A stretch of 47,323 bases of DNA from a virus (IMGVR_UViG_3300032272_000024:1-47323), one strand, 5' to 3'; shown: positions 10,750-19,408, numbered from the stretch's first letter. The notes: generated by a model from the sequence alone, not told the origin. Made by a program: numbers and translations.

Positions 10750-11163
10750 ATGTTATACACAGTACGCGGTAATAAAAAAATTCCTATAACAGAGGAAGAC
10801 CACCTTAGAGAAAAATTACAGGACGCTTTACCGGGTGATAATCTTGCAACATTGAAAACAAAGGATGCCACACTAAAGGGGCAAATTGCACAATTGGTAG
10901 AAATAAATAGAAAAAAACGACAAGAGGCAATCGCATCGAGTCGCGCTATAATCGGTGGCGTTAATACTTTTGAGAGCAATCCATTATCGTCATTCACAGC
11001 GCAAGACACATCGGTGATGACCAATCAATCCGTTGTTGCACACGTAGGTGAGCTAAGTGCAGTTGTTGAACTATTATGTGTCGTGCTATCGGCTCTGGGT
11101 GGTGATAACTTAAAGCGTGTGTTGGTATATATAAATAAAGAGTTAGACAATGTCGTCGAATAA
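10750..11163 (+). CDS. Hypothetical protein (possible fibre chaperone)
   Basis: RBS AAGGGG; follows the fibre gene. Confidence 0.45.
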   Translation: MLYTVRGNKKIPITEEDHLREKLQDALPGDNLATLKTKDATLKGQIAQLVEINRKKRQEAIASSRAIIGGVNTFESNPLSSFTAQDTSVMTNQSVVAHVGELSAVVELLCVVLSALGGDNLKRVLVYINKELDNVVE

Positions 11164-11191
11164 CACCTATTACCAACAGGTAATAAAAGTG

Positions 11192-11283
11192 TGATATACT
11201 GATAAACAAAAAGTGCGCCTACTGTGGCGAGGGGAGCCACACACGCCTAAACGTGCTGTAGGTCACACACACCTATTATATCA
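11192..11283. ncRNA. Candidate structured leader / antisense RNA (three-way junction)
   Basis: CCTAC/GTAGG closes hairpins TGTGGC/GCCACA and CACG/CGTG; extended -10 on + (11192-11200) and on - (11275-11283); A-rich tract 11204-11212. Confidence 0.4.
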
Positions 11284-11331
11284 TGATATGATGTAACAAA
11301 TATTATAATATGCGCTGAGGGGGCGCGAAAA

Positions 11332-11991
11332 ATGAAGGCAAACAACAAAACACCGGAACCTATCAGTGACAAACCTACTATGCAAGTAGACACAAGCGAG
11401 TTTCAGCAATTGCACAATCAGTTAGCTACAATCAACGAAACCTTAAACACACTCAAAGTAGACGTTGAGCGCAATATTGCTAACGTCAATAACCGTATTG
11501 ATGCCAACCGCGAGTATACCGATACTGAGGTATCCGTACTCAAGAGGAAAATGGATACGGCTAATGAGGAAATCCTAAAGAGAATTGATCGGGGAATTGC
11601 CAACGCTGTTAACACCGCAATGTTGCCGTTTGTAGGTGAACTCGCCACCGTTGACGGGCGTAGTAGACAAAACAAAGAAGGTGCGGAGATGATAAAATCT
11701 GACATTACCGAACTAAAAACAGAAGGTAAAAACACATTTACAGAGATACGTAATAATCACACCGAAAACCAGAACAAAATGGATAGATTGATTTTCGGGG
11801 TCTTTGGCGACGGTAAAACAAGCGACGGAATAATAGGCAAGGTTGGCGAATTAGAGGCAACCACAAAAAAACTAGACCGCGTATATGAATTCGTAGCAGG
11901 TATTAACTGGAGATTTGTGGCGGTAAGCGTGGGCGGTATAAGTTCTGCACCTGTTATTACCGCTATTTTAAAATTGTTCAATATCATATAG
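11332..11991 (+). CDS. Coiled-coil protein with C-terminal membrane anchor (lysis-region membrane protein)
   Basis: Long heptad region then hydrophobic FVAVSVGGISSAPVITAILKLF. Confidence 0.55.
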   Translation: MKANNKTPEPISDKPTMQVDTSEFQQLHNQLATINETLNTLKVDVERNIANVNNRIDANREYTDTEVSVLKRKMDTANEEILKRIDRGIANAVNTAMLPFVGELATVDGRSRQNKEGAEMIKSDITELKTEGKNTFTEIRNNHTENQNKMDRLIFGVFGDGKTSDGIIGKVGELEATTKKLDRVYEFVAGINWRFVAVSVGGISSAPVITAILKLFNII

Positions 11992-12002
11992 GAGAATGAA
12001 AC

Positions 12003-12224
12003 ATGAGTGACGTATTTAAGAGTAAGCGTTTTTACACAATGGTGGTCGGTTTAATATCATTGGTTTTAAGTAGCATTGTGCCTGAGCTTTCAGAACATTT
12101 AGACGTTATTGCACCGAGTATTGTGGCAATAGTTGGTATTTTAATTGGCGGGTACTCCGCACAAGACACCGCTATATCCTACAAAACAGGCACAAGTAAG
12201 TACGAAGCAAAGCAGGATCAATAA
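12003..12224 (+). CDS. Holin-like protein
   Basis: 73 aa, two TM helices, FKSKRFY N-terminal motif, charged C-terminus. Confidence 0.7.
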   Translation: MSDVFKSKRFYTMVVGLISLVLSSIVPELSEHLDVIAPSIVAIVGILIGGYSAQDTAISYKTGTSKYEAKQDQ

Positions 12225-12252
12225 TGCAGGTTTCCAAACTTTGGAGATTTCA

Positions 12253-12708
12253 ATGACGCGATTTCACAAAACGTTAACGCAAATGGTTGAGGATATATTC
12301 ATCACGTCTCAAGATGAGCATTTCAGGAGTGGCTATGATAGCGCGTTCTCGATTAGGCTGTGTCAATATGTAGACAAACACGGTCTAACTCCTGTGCTTG
12401 ATGCGGTCAAACAGTTCATTAACTGTACACCTAATGTCTCAAGACACGATGAAACCATAAGGGAGTGCCTCGTTCAATTACCGCACCATGTTAGAGATCC
12501 TGATGGTGTGGAAACATTGCGGTTATTTGCCGAATCGCTCATGCAGAGTGAGTTGCACACGGTTATTGACGGCGTTTGGTGTGCGCTTAGCACAATCGAA
12601 AGCCCAAAATCAATACCTACTATCGAAAAGGCGTTAGCTGATGGCGTGGTTAAAGGTGGAGACTGGGAAGAATTAATCAAAGAATTGAGGAAATATGAAA
12701 CTGTATAA
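12253..12708 (+). CDS. Hypothetical helical (HEAT-like) protein
   Basis: ATG 12253 with GGAG RBS preferred over listed 12145 start; ALSTIESPKSIPTIEKAL resembles a HEAT repeat. Confidence 0.45.
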   Translation: MTRFHKTLTQMVEDIFITSQDEHFRSGYDSAFSIRLCQYVDKHGLTPVLDAVKQFINCTPNVSRHDETIRECLVQLPHHVRDPDGVETLRLFAESLMQSELHTVIDGVWCALSTIESPKSIPTIEKALADGVVKGGDWEELIKELRKYETV

Positions 12709-13486
12709 CGTTTGGGAACGGTATTATCAACAGTTATCAAAAACGGGGCGCGTTGTATTGCATGTCACACAGTCAGCGTTGCTAATCGTGACGATTATAC
12801 TATTATCATCATGCACCCGCGATACCACGCCAACACCCACAGATGAGCCTACGCCCACGCAAGAGGTATTGGCAACGTTAGACGTGAATAATCCCCATGA
12901 TGGTTTACCAACAGACCCGCCCACAGAGATTGTTACCAACGCTAATTTAGTTGGCAATCCTGAGATAACAACGTTTCACTTTGAAGGCGTTGATAGAAAC
13001 GTCAATTACCCGCGTGGTTTTTTCCCGGTATGCGAACCATTTAACATTGTGGGCACTCGTTACCCATGCTCATATGTTGATACGCCCGACACCGTGGATG
13101 GTATATATGAACATGAAGGCAATTTCCTAGCTGGTTATTTCGGATTAGAGTTATCTCCGGTTGTTACGCTAAGACCATCTGACAATTACCGTTATATTGT
13201 ACGGTGTGATATTTCAGACGCTACATTTGGCAATGACAGTTACGGCGTTGTTGTCCGCTTTTTAAGTGATGAGTTTGATGGTGGGGTGTATACATTCCCA
13301 CGTTCTGACACGGGGCGCAATAGCCATGTATTCGTATTTGAGGTATCTGAACCGCTAGTGATTACGTATCAGTGCGGGATGGATATTGATTGGGCAACAC
13401 GCGAGTTAACATGGTCAATGGGGTACATGGGGTTACAGATCGTTGCACCTGATTATGGGAATAGCGATTTTGTGACATTGCCATAA
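12695..13486 (+). CDS. Predicted lipoprotein
   Basis: Hydrophobic stretch ending LLSSC (lipobox-like), then P/T-rich linker and beta domain. Confidence 0.6.
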   Translation: MKLYNVWERYYQQLSKTGRVVLHVTQSALLIVTIILLSSCTRDTTPTPTDEPTPTQEVLATLDVNNPHDGLPTDPPTEIVTNANLVGNPEITTFHFEGVDRNVNYPRGFFPVCEPFNIVGTRYPCSYVDTPDTVDGIYEHEGNFLAGYFGLELSPVVTLRPSDNYRYIVRCDISDATFGNDSYGVVVRFLSDEFDGGVYTFPRSDTGRNSHVFVFEVSEPLVITYQCGMDIDWATRELTWSMGYMGLQIVAPDYGNSDFVTLP

Positions 13487-13504
13487 CGTGGTATGCTTTA
13501 TTTT

Positions 13505-13620
13505 GAATGAAGGTTCGATTCCTTCTCGGTCATTGAGGTTTGGAACAAGTATGCCGTTCGATTCGGTGAATTGGCTTTGGAAGCCTAAATGCAATTACCC
13601 CGTTATGGGGTTTTTGTTTT
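13505..13620 (+). ncRNA. Candidate small RNA with two T-loop hairpins
   Basis: TGgTATGCT -10 at 13489-13497; GAAGG-TTCGATT-CCTTC and GCCG-TTCGATT-CGGT hairpins; terminator at 13597-13620. Confidence 0.45.
13597..13620 (+). terminator. Intrinsic terminator
   Basis: ACCCC-GTTAT-GGGGT followed by TTTTGTTTT. Confidence 0.7.
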
Positions 13621-13642
13621 ACAGGGGGGTATGTGGTATGAT
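13614..13642 (+). promoter_or_regulatory. Sigma70-type promoter overlapping the terminator T-tract
   Basis: TTGTTT-17 bp-TATGAT with extended TG. Confidence 0.5.
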
Positions 13643-13722
13643 TTCGATTATAGTTGGGAATTATGGCGATGTTCTGGTACTACCAATATTAGAATCAGCA
13701 AAACCCAATATTTTCTCGAAGC

Positions 13723-13756
13723 AAAAAGACGGCTACCATCTGGCAACCGTCTTTTT
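13723..13756. terminator. Bidirectional terminator between late and leftward early arms
   Basis: AAAAAGACGG...CCGTCTTTTT inverted repeat between convergent units. Confidence 0.8.
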
Positions 13757-13774
13757 GATTGCAGTAATTTATAG

Positions 13775-14002
13775 TCATCGGTAGCTATTTATTGCTGTCA
13801 TGGAGAGTTTCAACAACTTGGCTTTTAAAGTATCGCTGACATCCAAGCAATTAACATATTCAATTATGCGCTGATTACAGTCATTTCTTTTTTCTTGATC
13901 CATAATATCAAAGCACTCTGTAAATGTGCCTTCAAATAGCAAGCTGTCATCTTTAAAAAGTTGGTGACTGTTGTTGTTACCAGTATATTTGATTAGGAAC
14001 AT
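13775..14002 (-). CDS. Hypothetical protein
   Basis: ATG at 14002 with GGGGA RBS preferred over listed 14176 start, which overlaps the upstream gene. Confidence 0.5.
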   Translation of the reverse strand: MFLIKYTGNNNSHQLFKDDSLLFEGTFTECFDIMDQEKRNDCNQRIIEYVNCLDVSDTLKAKLLKLSMTAINSYR

Positions 14003-14006
14003 CGCG

Positions 14007-14339
14007 CTATTCCCCGTCGCCGTCGGTGGGCGCGGGGTTTCTGCGTACCCATACATTTTGACATCGTGAACATTCCATAAGCCCGCTAGCCGTTGCTTTG
14101 CCGACCCCTTCGCCATTGCACCCATAACAAATCTCCTGTTCGCTGTCGTCAGCGGGCGCGGGGGTGTTTTCACCATTGGCGTATGCTAAAAATGTATGTA
14201 CGGCTACGCCTGAGCCTTCATCGCCAATAACATGCAATGGCTCTTTAACGCCGTCTTGATAGATACGATACTCACTGCCTACGTGGGTTAATGTGTACCC
14301 ATTTTTAGCTAACATTGTTTTTTCTTTTGCATCCATCAC
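14007..14339 (-). CDS. Hypothetical protein with C-terminal CxxC...CxxC zinc ribbon
   Basis: CYGC / CSRC; GTGA coupling. Confidence 0.6.
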   Translation of the reverse strand: MMDAKEKTMLAKNGYTLTHVGSEYRIYQDGVKEPLHVIGDEGSGVAVHTFLAYANGENTPAPADDSEQEICYGCNGEGVGKATASGLMECSRCQNVWVRRNPAPTDGDGE

Positions 14340-14611
14340 GCGCCCTCACTTTTGTTTATCAATGCTTCGCTTTCCGCAAGTAGCGTATCTGCTACGACAC
14401 GGACATAATCTGGGACATTAGCATTAACACGCAACAAACCAGCCATGTTATTTACTCTGAATAAAAAGCCTTGATAGCCTTGTCGTTGTATTTGACTCCC
14501 CTGATCGCTTAACAACGCCTCAATTTGTGCCAGCTTCTTTTCCGCGCTGTCTGAAGTCTCAAATATCGCCTGTATTTCCTCTAACTTGTTAATGTTGCTG
14601 TCGCTCATCAT
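14336..14611 (-). CDS. Hypothetical protein
   Basis: Coupled ORF in leftward arm. Confidence 0.55.
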   Translation of the reverse strand: MMSDSNINKLEEIQAIFETSDSAEKKLAQIEALLSDQGSQIQRQGYQGFLFRVNNMAGLLRVNANVPDYVRVVADTLLAESEALINKSEGA

Positions 14612-14715
14612 TCACGCTCGCTTTCGTTTACTACGTAATTTCTTTATTTATTACATCCTAGAAGTTGGGGTCTATGTAGTCATGTTCATAGACCCCGTTT
14701 GTTGATTATTTAGTG

Positions 14716-15021
14716 TTAAATATCCATGATGTCATGGACATTCATTTGACCATCATCATATGTGTTATCCATGTTTTGGTAGTATGAATCCATTTCGTGT
14801 TTGTGGCGAAGGTATCGTGACCTAACATTGTTAACTAAGTTGCGGGCGCGTGTTAGAAGCAACCATGAGCTAGCCCCTTTTTTGCGATCCACAAACTCGG
14901 CTTTTTCTAGCGTGTCATATGTATCTTTTATCAGCACGATTAACGTGTTTAACTTTTGTATGGTGTCCATACTTCTAAATAGCTCAGTTAGTTCAGTTTG
15001 GACTTCGTTGTCACCCATCAT
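14716..15021 (-). CDS. Hypothetical protein
   Basis: Coupled ORF, GGAG RBS. Confidence 0.55.
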   Translation of the reverse strand: MMGDNEVQTELTELFRSMDTIQKLNTLIVLIKDTYDTLEKAEFVDRKKGASSWLLLTRARNLVNNVRSRYLRHKHEMDSYYQNMDNTYDDGQMNVHDIMDI

Positions 15022-15224
15022 TCACGCTCCTGATATTTACTTACGTCAACCTTGCCATAGTTCGTGTTTGTGAACGTGCAATTGTACATCGTGCATTGCT
15101 TGTTATCGCACGTAATGACCTCGCTCCAAGCGGTTGGCACAAATTTACCAGCGACTTGCTCCCAAGCGGTTGCTTGCTTCCCGTCGTTTCGCATTGCTTG
15201 CTTACACTTCTTACAATTCATCAC
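15018..15224 (-). CDS. Small zinc-binding hypothetical protein
   Basis: CKKC...CDNKQC; conserved junction motif at start. Confidence 0.55.
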   Translation of the reverse strand: MMNCKKCKQAMRNDGKQATAWEQVAGKFVPTAWSEVITCDNKQCTMYNCTFTNTNYGKVDVSKYQERE

Positions 15225-15451
15225 TCGTTATCCTTGTAAATACGATCATCAACAGCGTCACGAAAAGATAGTCCGGGCAGAGTATCCATTGTCGAATTAT
15301 CTACACAATCTCTGAACATCTTGTTTAGTTCGGCTTCTGAAATGCCATGCTCTAATCCACGCTCCCAATGAGGCACAACAAAGCGGTCAAAATATTTATC
15401 CCAAAATGTTGGTTTCGGTCTTATTAAATCCATTATCCATTTAAACATCAC
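15221..15451 (-). CDS. Hypothetical protein
   Basis: Coupled ORF. Confidence 0.5.
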   Translation of the reverse strand: MMFKWIMDLIRPKPTFWDKYFDRFVVPHWERGLEHGISEAELNKMFRDCVDNSTMDTLPGLSFRDAVDDRIYKDNE

Positions 15452-15657
15452 TTGTTATTCTCCCATTGCTCAACACCCCAGAGATACCAGCGTTGATAAA
15501 CTAAAAACTCCTGTACCTTACCGTCGGGATGCACCACGAATGTGAATGGTTCATCTCCGTGTTCATTGCAAATCCATACCTCAACATCCGTGAAAGATGT
15601 CTCCCACCCTGCTGGGTTATGGCACGATGGACAGTTTGCTTGCTTCTCACTCATCAC
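15448..15657 (-). CDS. Small zinc-ribbon hypothetical protein
   Basis: CPSC...CNEH; junction motif at start. Confidence 0.55.
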   Translation of the reverse strand: MMSEKQANCPSCHNPAGWETSFTDVEVWICNEHGDEPFTFVVHPDGKVQEFLVYQRWYLWGVEQWENNK

Positions 15658-15704
15658 TCGTTATCCTTTCTAGCGGGGATTACGCGCCCCCGTGCGGTTT
15701 CTAG

Positions 15705-15941
15705 TTAGCTAATTAATGGCAATGCGCGTTGTGCTGTTAAGTATCCGATTGCCAACGCCTTGATAATCGCTGTGCTTTCGGTTGCGTCTAATTTTATTAA
15801 CTCGCCTTCTGATGCCGTATGCGTACCGCCGAGTGTCATATCTAATACGAGTACACAGTTATTCGGTAGCCCCGCTTCCACAACTAGGTACACCCCTTCG
15901 TACTGTTGGTGGCGTACAATATCGCCTAATTCGATCATCAC
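15705..15941 (-). CDS. Hypothetical SH3/KOW-like protein
   Basis: IELGDIVRH N-terminal motif; GGAG RBS. Confidence 0.5.
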   Translation of the reverse strand: MMIELGDIVRHQQYEGVYLVVEAGLPNNCVLVLDMTLGGTHTASEGELIKLDATESTAIIKALAIGYLTAQRALPLIS

Positions 15942-15949
15942 TAACTCCC

Positions 15950-16513
15950 TTACCGCCTACGTCTTAAACTTCTGATTGTGTATTCGTGAAATGGCGTATC
16001 CATAAAATCATCCGGTATCGGTGCCACTTTAGTTTTTTTTTGGTCGCTAATGATCTTCGCTAGCGGGCTACCTTTCGTGACCGTCGATTGCTTCGCTTGT
16101 GCAATGTCAGCGTCCAGTTTCGCAAATTCGGTGAACCATGCCAGCGCGTATTTCTGTGTGTGGAATGCTTGCCGTTGATAAGTGTACAAATAACCTAAGT
16201 CGTGATTACGTTGCTCTTGTTGGGTTGCACATGGCAACAGCAATGAGTTAGCAGGTGGCGGGGCTGATTCGCTAATAATGGCATCCTTTAACCCATCAAT
16301 CAGGATTTGAACCCAATTTAATGATGATTCGTCATTACCGCGTAACTCATTGTTTTTGTATGCGGTTTGAAGTTTTGTTATTGCGTTATTGTAATGGTAC
16401 TCTGGCTCATATTGCCCTATTTCGTTGATTCCAAACCAGATGTCAATTTGAACATCCTTTAGTATGGATTGCGCTTGCTTCCAGTTCTTATTCGCTTCTG
16501 TCAAATAGGTCAT
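15950..16513 (-). CDS. Hypothetical protein
   Basis: 187 aa, TAATG coupling. Confidence 0.6.
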   Translation of the reverse strand: MTYLTEANKNWKQAQSILKDVQIDIWFGINEIGQYEPEYHYNNAITKLQTAYKNNELRGNDESSLNWVQILIDGLKDAIISESAPPPANSLLLPCATQQEQRNHDLGYLYTYQRQAFHTQKYALAWFTEFAKLDADIAQAKQSTVTKGSPLAKIISDQKKTKVAPIPDDFMDTPFHEYTIRSLRRRR

Positions 16514-16944
16514 TATTGCACCGCCTCGGCTAATGTTGGTTCGTAGAATACCGCGATTTGATGCGCGTAAACCGTAGTAAGCACATTGCAGGTCGTGAAT
16601 GGATTATGCACCCAAGCGCGATAGCTTTTAAGCAAGCTGTCAAATGATGTCGTTTCACTTTCAATCAATGCCAGCCGATAGCCAATTACATTACCGTTGT
16701 AATCGTACTGACGGACTTCGCAGAATGTGCCTGAGTGACCATCGCCAAAATGCGTTACATGCTTAACGTCACACATGATTGTCTGGCTGTCGATGACCAT
16801 CTGTACAACATCGCCGTCCTGACGTTGAAACCGCCCGATTTGGCGAGTCTTAGTATTCACAATCCATTCATCAGGAACGAATTGATTTTCATTCTTGTTT
16901 GTCACTATGCGTTTAATCATTTTTGACATAATTCCTAAATTCAT
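16513..16944 (-). CDS. Hypothetical protein
   Basis: 143 aa, GAGG RBS. Confidence 0.6.
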   Translation of the reverse strand: MNLGIMSKMIKRIVTNKNENQFVPDEWIVNTKTRQIGRFQRQDGDVVQMVIDSQTIMCDVKHVTHFGDGHSGTFCEVRQYDYNGNVIGYRLALIESETTSFDSLLKSYRAWVHNPFTTCNVLTTVYAHQIAVFYEPTLAEAVQ

Positions 16945-16977
16945 GGTATCCTCTTATATCCTTGCTAGATCGATTTG

Positions 16978-17017
16978 GGCGGTTACTCGTGAGTGGGTTG
17001 ACCGCCCTTTTGTTTTG
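16978..17017 (+). terminator. Hairpin with + strand T-tract inside the leftward arm
   Basis: GGGCGGT...ACCGCCC-TTTTGTT; oriented to stop rightward (antisense) transcription. Confidence 0.5.
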
Positions 17018-17021
17018 CGTG

Positions 17022-17672
17022 TTAGCTAGATGTAATCAGTTTTGCGAATTCAAGATTATCATTCACAATCGCGGTGTGGGCTTCGATTAAAGCACTATTG
17101 AGCATGTCCACCCGTGCCTCTAATTCCGCAACCCGCGCCGTTAACCGTGCGTTCTCAGCTTGCAGGCTTTCGATTGTCGACTGTGGCTGTGCTAGCCGTA
17201 ATCGGCTAGCGTCTACGTTTTTCATACCGCCACCATTTACGATATAAGCGGTGTTGGGCAATATCAGATGCACGCGGTACTCTGTACCCTCTACCGGGTC
17301 GCCAATTAATGTGACGGTGTCACCTGTCTTGATGCGTGGCGCGTCGTCAACTTGCGGTGCTTCGGGTTGTTGTGGTGCTAGGCTTGCGTTAAACAATATT
17401 GAGAATTGATACAGGACAGGCTCTGAACCAATACCGCCAGCCCATGAACTTGCTTCTGTGTCGTTGATTACGCCGTATTGGTTTGCAAAGTCGTCAGCAT
17501 AATTCTCGTTTTTGTGTTCCCCGAAGATGTAGACCGTTGCCCCGCCCATAAAATCTATTGTCAAATATGTGGCTTCTGGAAGCTCTGATTTAATCGCTTC
17601 TCTAATTTCTTCTTTTTCTACTAGTGTGTATGTCTTTGCATATTTTGTATCGGCTATCGGATATGCTTTCAT
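17022..17672 (-). CDS. First leftward early protein (SH3-like domain plus coiled coil)
   Basis: IKTGDTVTL motif, LQAENARLTARVAELE coil; downstream of strong promoter. Confidence 0.6.
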   Translation of the reverse strand: MKAYPIADTKYAKTYTLVEKEEIREAIKSELPEATYLTIDFMGGATVYIFGEHKNENYADDFANQYGVINDTEASSWAGGIGSEPVLYQFSILFNASLAPQQPEAPQVDDAPRIKTGDTVTLIGDPVEGTEYRVHLILPNTAYIVNGGGMKNVDASRLRLAQPQSTIESLQAENARLTARVAELEARVDMLNSALIEAHTAIVNDNLEFAKLITSS

Positions 17673-17706
17673 TGTATCGCGCTCCCTTGTTTGTTATCTT
17701 GTAACT

Positions 17707-17735
17707 ATCATACTCTATTTATTGCCATATGTCAA
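17707..17735 (-). promoter_or_regulatory. Leftward early promoter with operator TTGCCATATGTCAA (17722-17735)
   Basis: Minus strand TTGACA-17 bp-TATGAT. Confidence 0.8.
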
Positions 17736-17748
17736 GGAATTGATACCC

Positions 17749-17949
17749 CTAATCTTTAGGGGTACTTTGTGGCTTTACCCCACGCTTCACCACTTGCGGT
17801 TCAAATCCAAGCCTCACTAATATGGCGTTGCGTAGTTCGTTGGTTGCACTTGATGTTTTGCCGTGATGCGCCAGTTGCAACTTCACAAAAGCCTCCATCA
17901 CTTCATCAGTTACCGGTATGCGAATAACTTTAGTTTGATTGTTTCCCAT
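17749..17949 (-). CDS. Ribbon-helix-helix (Arc/CopG-like) regulator, probable repressor
   Basis: TKVIRIPVTDEVMEAFVKL strand-helix pattern; ATG 17949 with GAAGGGA RBS; sits between two identical operators. Confidence 0.6.
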   Translation of the reverse strand: MGNNQTKVIRIPVTDEVMEAFVKLQLAHHGKTSSATNELRNAILVRLGFEPQVVKRGVKPQSTPKD

Positions 17950-17980
17950 TGTATGTCCCTTCATTCGATTAATAATATTG

Positions 17981-18024
17981 ATTATAGTCAATTACTTGCC
18001 ATATGTCAACAAATGGCTTATAAT
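17981..18024. promoter_or_regulatory. Back-to-back promoters sharing operator TTGCCATATGTCAA (17996-18009)
   Basis: + strand TTGCCA-17-TATAAT (17996-18024); - strand TTGACA-17-TATAAT (18009-17981). Confidence 0.85.
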
Positions 18025-18057
18025 AGGGTAAATCAATCTAACAAAGGGAGCGAGTGA

Positions 18058-18495
18058 ATGAACTGCGTAAGTTGTGGAGAAGAAGCGTTGCCACCATTCC
18101 AAAAGTATAATTATTGTGGAGTTTGCGATGAGCAACGGCGCAATGAAAAGCCTATAATTGCTGAATATCAGGCGGGGGTATTGGGTTGGATACCGAATTC
18201 TCGAAGTATTGAATATTATTTCAAGGACTGGGAAATCGTTAATGAGGTGCAGGGTCTTAGTATATATGGAAAGGCGCAGGAATATTCTAATTATGGCACT
18301 CGTGCAATTATGACGGCTGATAACGGGGCTGTTATCGTGGCAAATGATTTTGAGATTACCAGCCTATTAGATCACCCTTGCAGATTCGCAGACAACCCAA
18401 CGCTTGACATTTTGCCAAGGCTTATTGAAAGTGAAAATCCTGATTACATTAACACAATTATTGAAGCAAGAAAACAAGCGGGGCTAGATAAATAA
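18058..18495 (+). CDS. First rightward early protein, N-terminal zinc finger
   Basis: CVSC...CGVC; AGGGAG RBS. Confidence 0.6.
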   Translation: MNCVSCGEEALPPFQKYNYCGVCDEQRRNEKPIIAEYQAGVLGWIPNSRSIEYYFKDWEIVNEVQGLSIYGKAQEYSNYGTRAIMTADNGAVIVANDFEITSLLDHPCRFADNPTLDILPRLIESENPDYINTIIEARKQAGLDK

Positions 18496-18496
18496 A

Positions 18497-19408
18497 ATGA
18501 CGATTACAGATTATGATTTGAGAATGTTGCGGACACCATTTCATGAGAGTTTGCACAGCTGGCTACAAGGCAATGCGTATTTATCGGAATACGAAATCAC
18601 AACGCGCATCGAAGCTATAGACCCCGCTTGGACAATGACTGAACCTGAAATTTGTCATCGTGACAAAAAGGTAACGGTCAAATTGGGTCTTACAATCCTG
18701 GGCGTTACGCGATGGGGCGTAGGGCAAGCAGAAGTCCAGTATATGAGAGACAAAAAAAATAAAAAGACGGGTGAAGTAATTGAAAAACGTTCACATATTG
18801 AGGCTAATGAAGCCGAGAAATCAGCGATCACGGACGCACTGAAACGTGCAAGCCGTATGTTTGGGATAGGTCGATACCTTCTAAAAATCCCTGACAACGT
18901 TCGGGATAACAATGCGTTAGGCAGTTGGTTAACCCAAAATTGGGATGCTATCATCGGTGGCACATCACAATCAAAGGAGCTACCTGAACCTGCTAGCGAG
19001 ATAGAAGTATCAACCGAAGCACCGCCGAAAACGAATGATGCGTTATGGTGGCAAGATGAGGAACAGTATTCTAAGATTATTAGCGGTGCGGTAAATAATG
19101 ACCTGACAATCTTTTACCTCGAAATGGCACTAGGTAGATCATTAACAACCTTCGCAACATATGAGACTGTCGTTGATGCTATCAAGTCGGTATTAGACGA
19201 TAATACCGATGTTATCCAGTACGCCCTTAACCGCTATTATACTCAGGCTATGGATAATGAGATCAAAGCAAACTTCAAAGCACTAAAGCACTTCACGAAT
19301 TGGTTAAACAAACATTATGAGGAATTAGATTTGCACGCTAGTTTTGATCTGCTTACATTTGAATCGAAAGTATATCACTATTATAAAGATAATATGGAGG
19401 CTGAATAA
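18497..19408 (+). CDS. Rad52/Sak-like single-strand annealing protein
   Basis: EAEKSAITDALKRASRMFGIGRYL signature; upstream of ssb. Confidence 0.85.
   Translation: MTITDYDLRMLRTPFHESLHSWLQGNAYLSEYEITTRIEAIDPAWTMTEPEICHRDKKVTVKLGLTILGVTRWGVGQAEVQYMRDKKNKKTGEVIEKRSHIEANEAEKSAITDALKRASRMFGIGRYLLKIPDNVRDNNALGSWLTQNWDAIIGGTSQSKELPEPASEIEVSTEAPPKTNDALWWQDEEQYSKIISGAVNNDLTIFYLEMALGRSLTTFATYETVVDAIKSVLDDNTDVIQYALNRYYTQAMDNEIKANFKALKHFTNWLNKHYEELDLHASFDLLTFESKVYHYYKDNMEAE

Noticed and set aside
11218-11262. Hammerhead ribozyme or known riboswitch
   Set aside because: Lacks CUGANGA/GAAA core and any aptamer motif I recognise
13509-13540. Canonical tRNA gene or tRNA-derived attP
   Set aside because: Only a T-arm is present, with no matching acceptor or D arm and no integrase; kept only as an sRNA candidate
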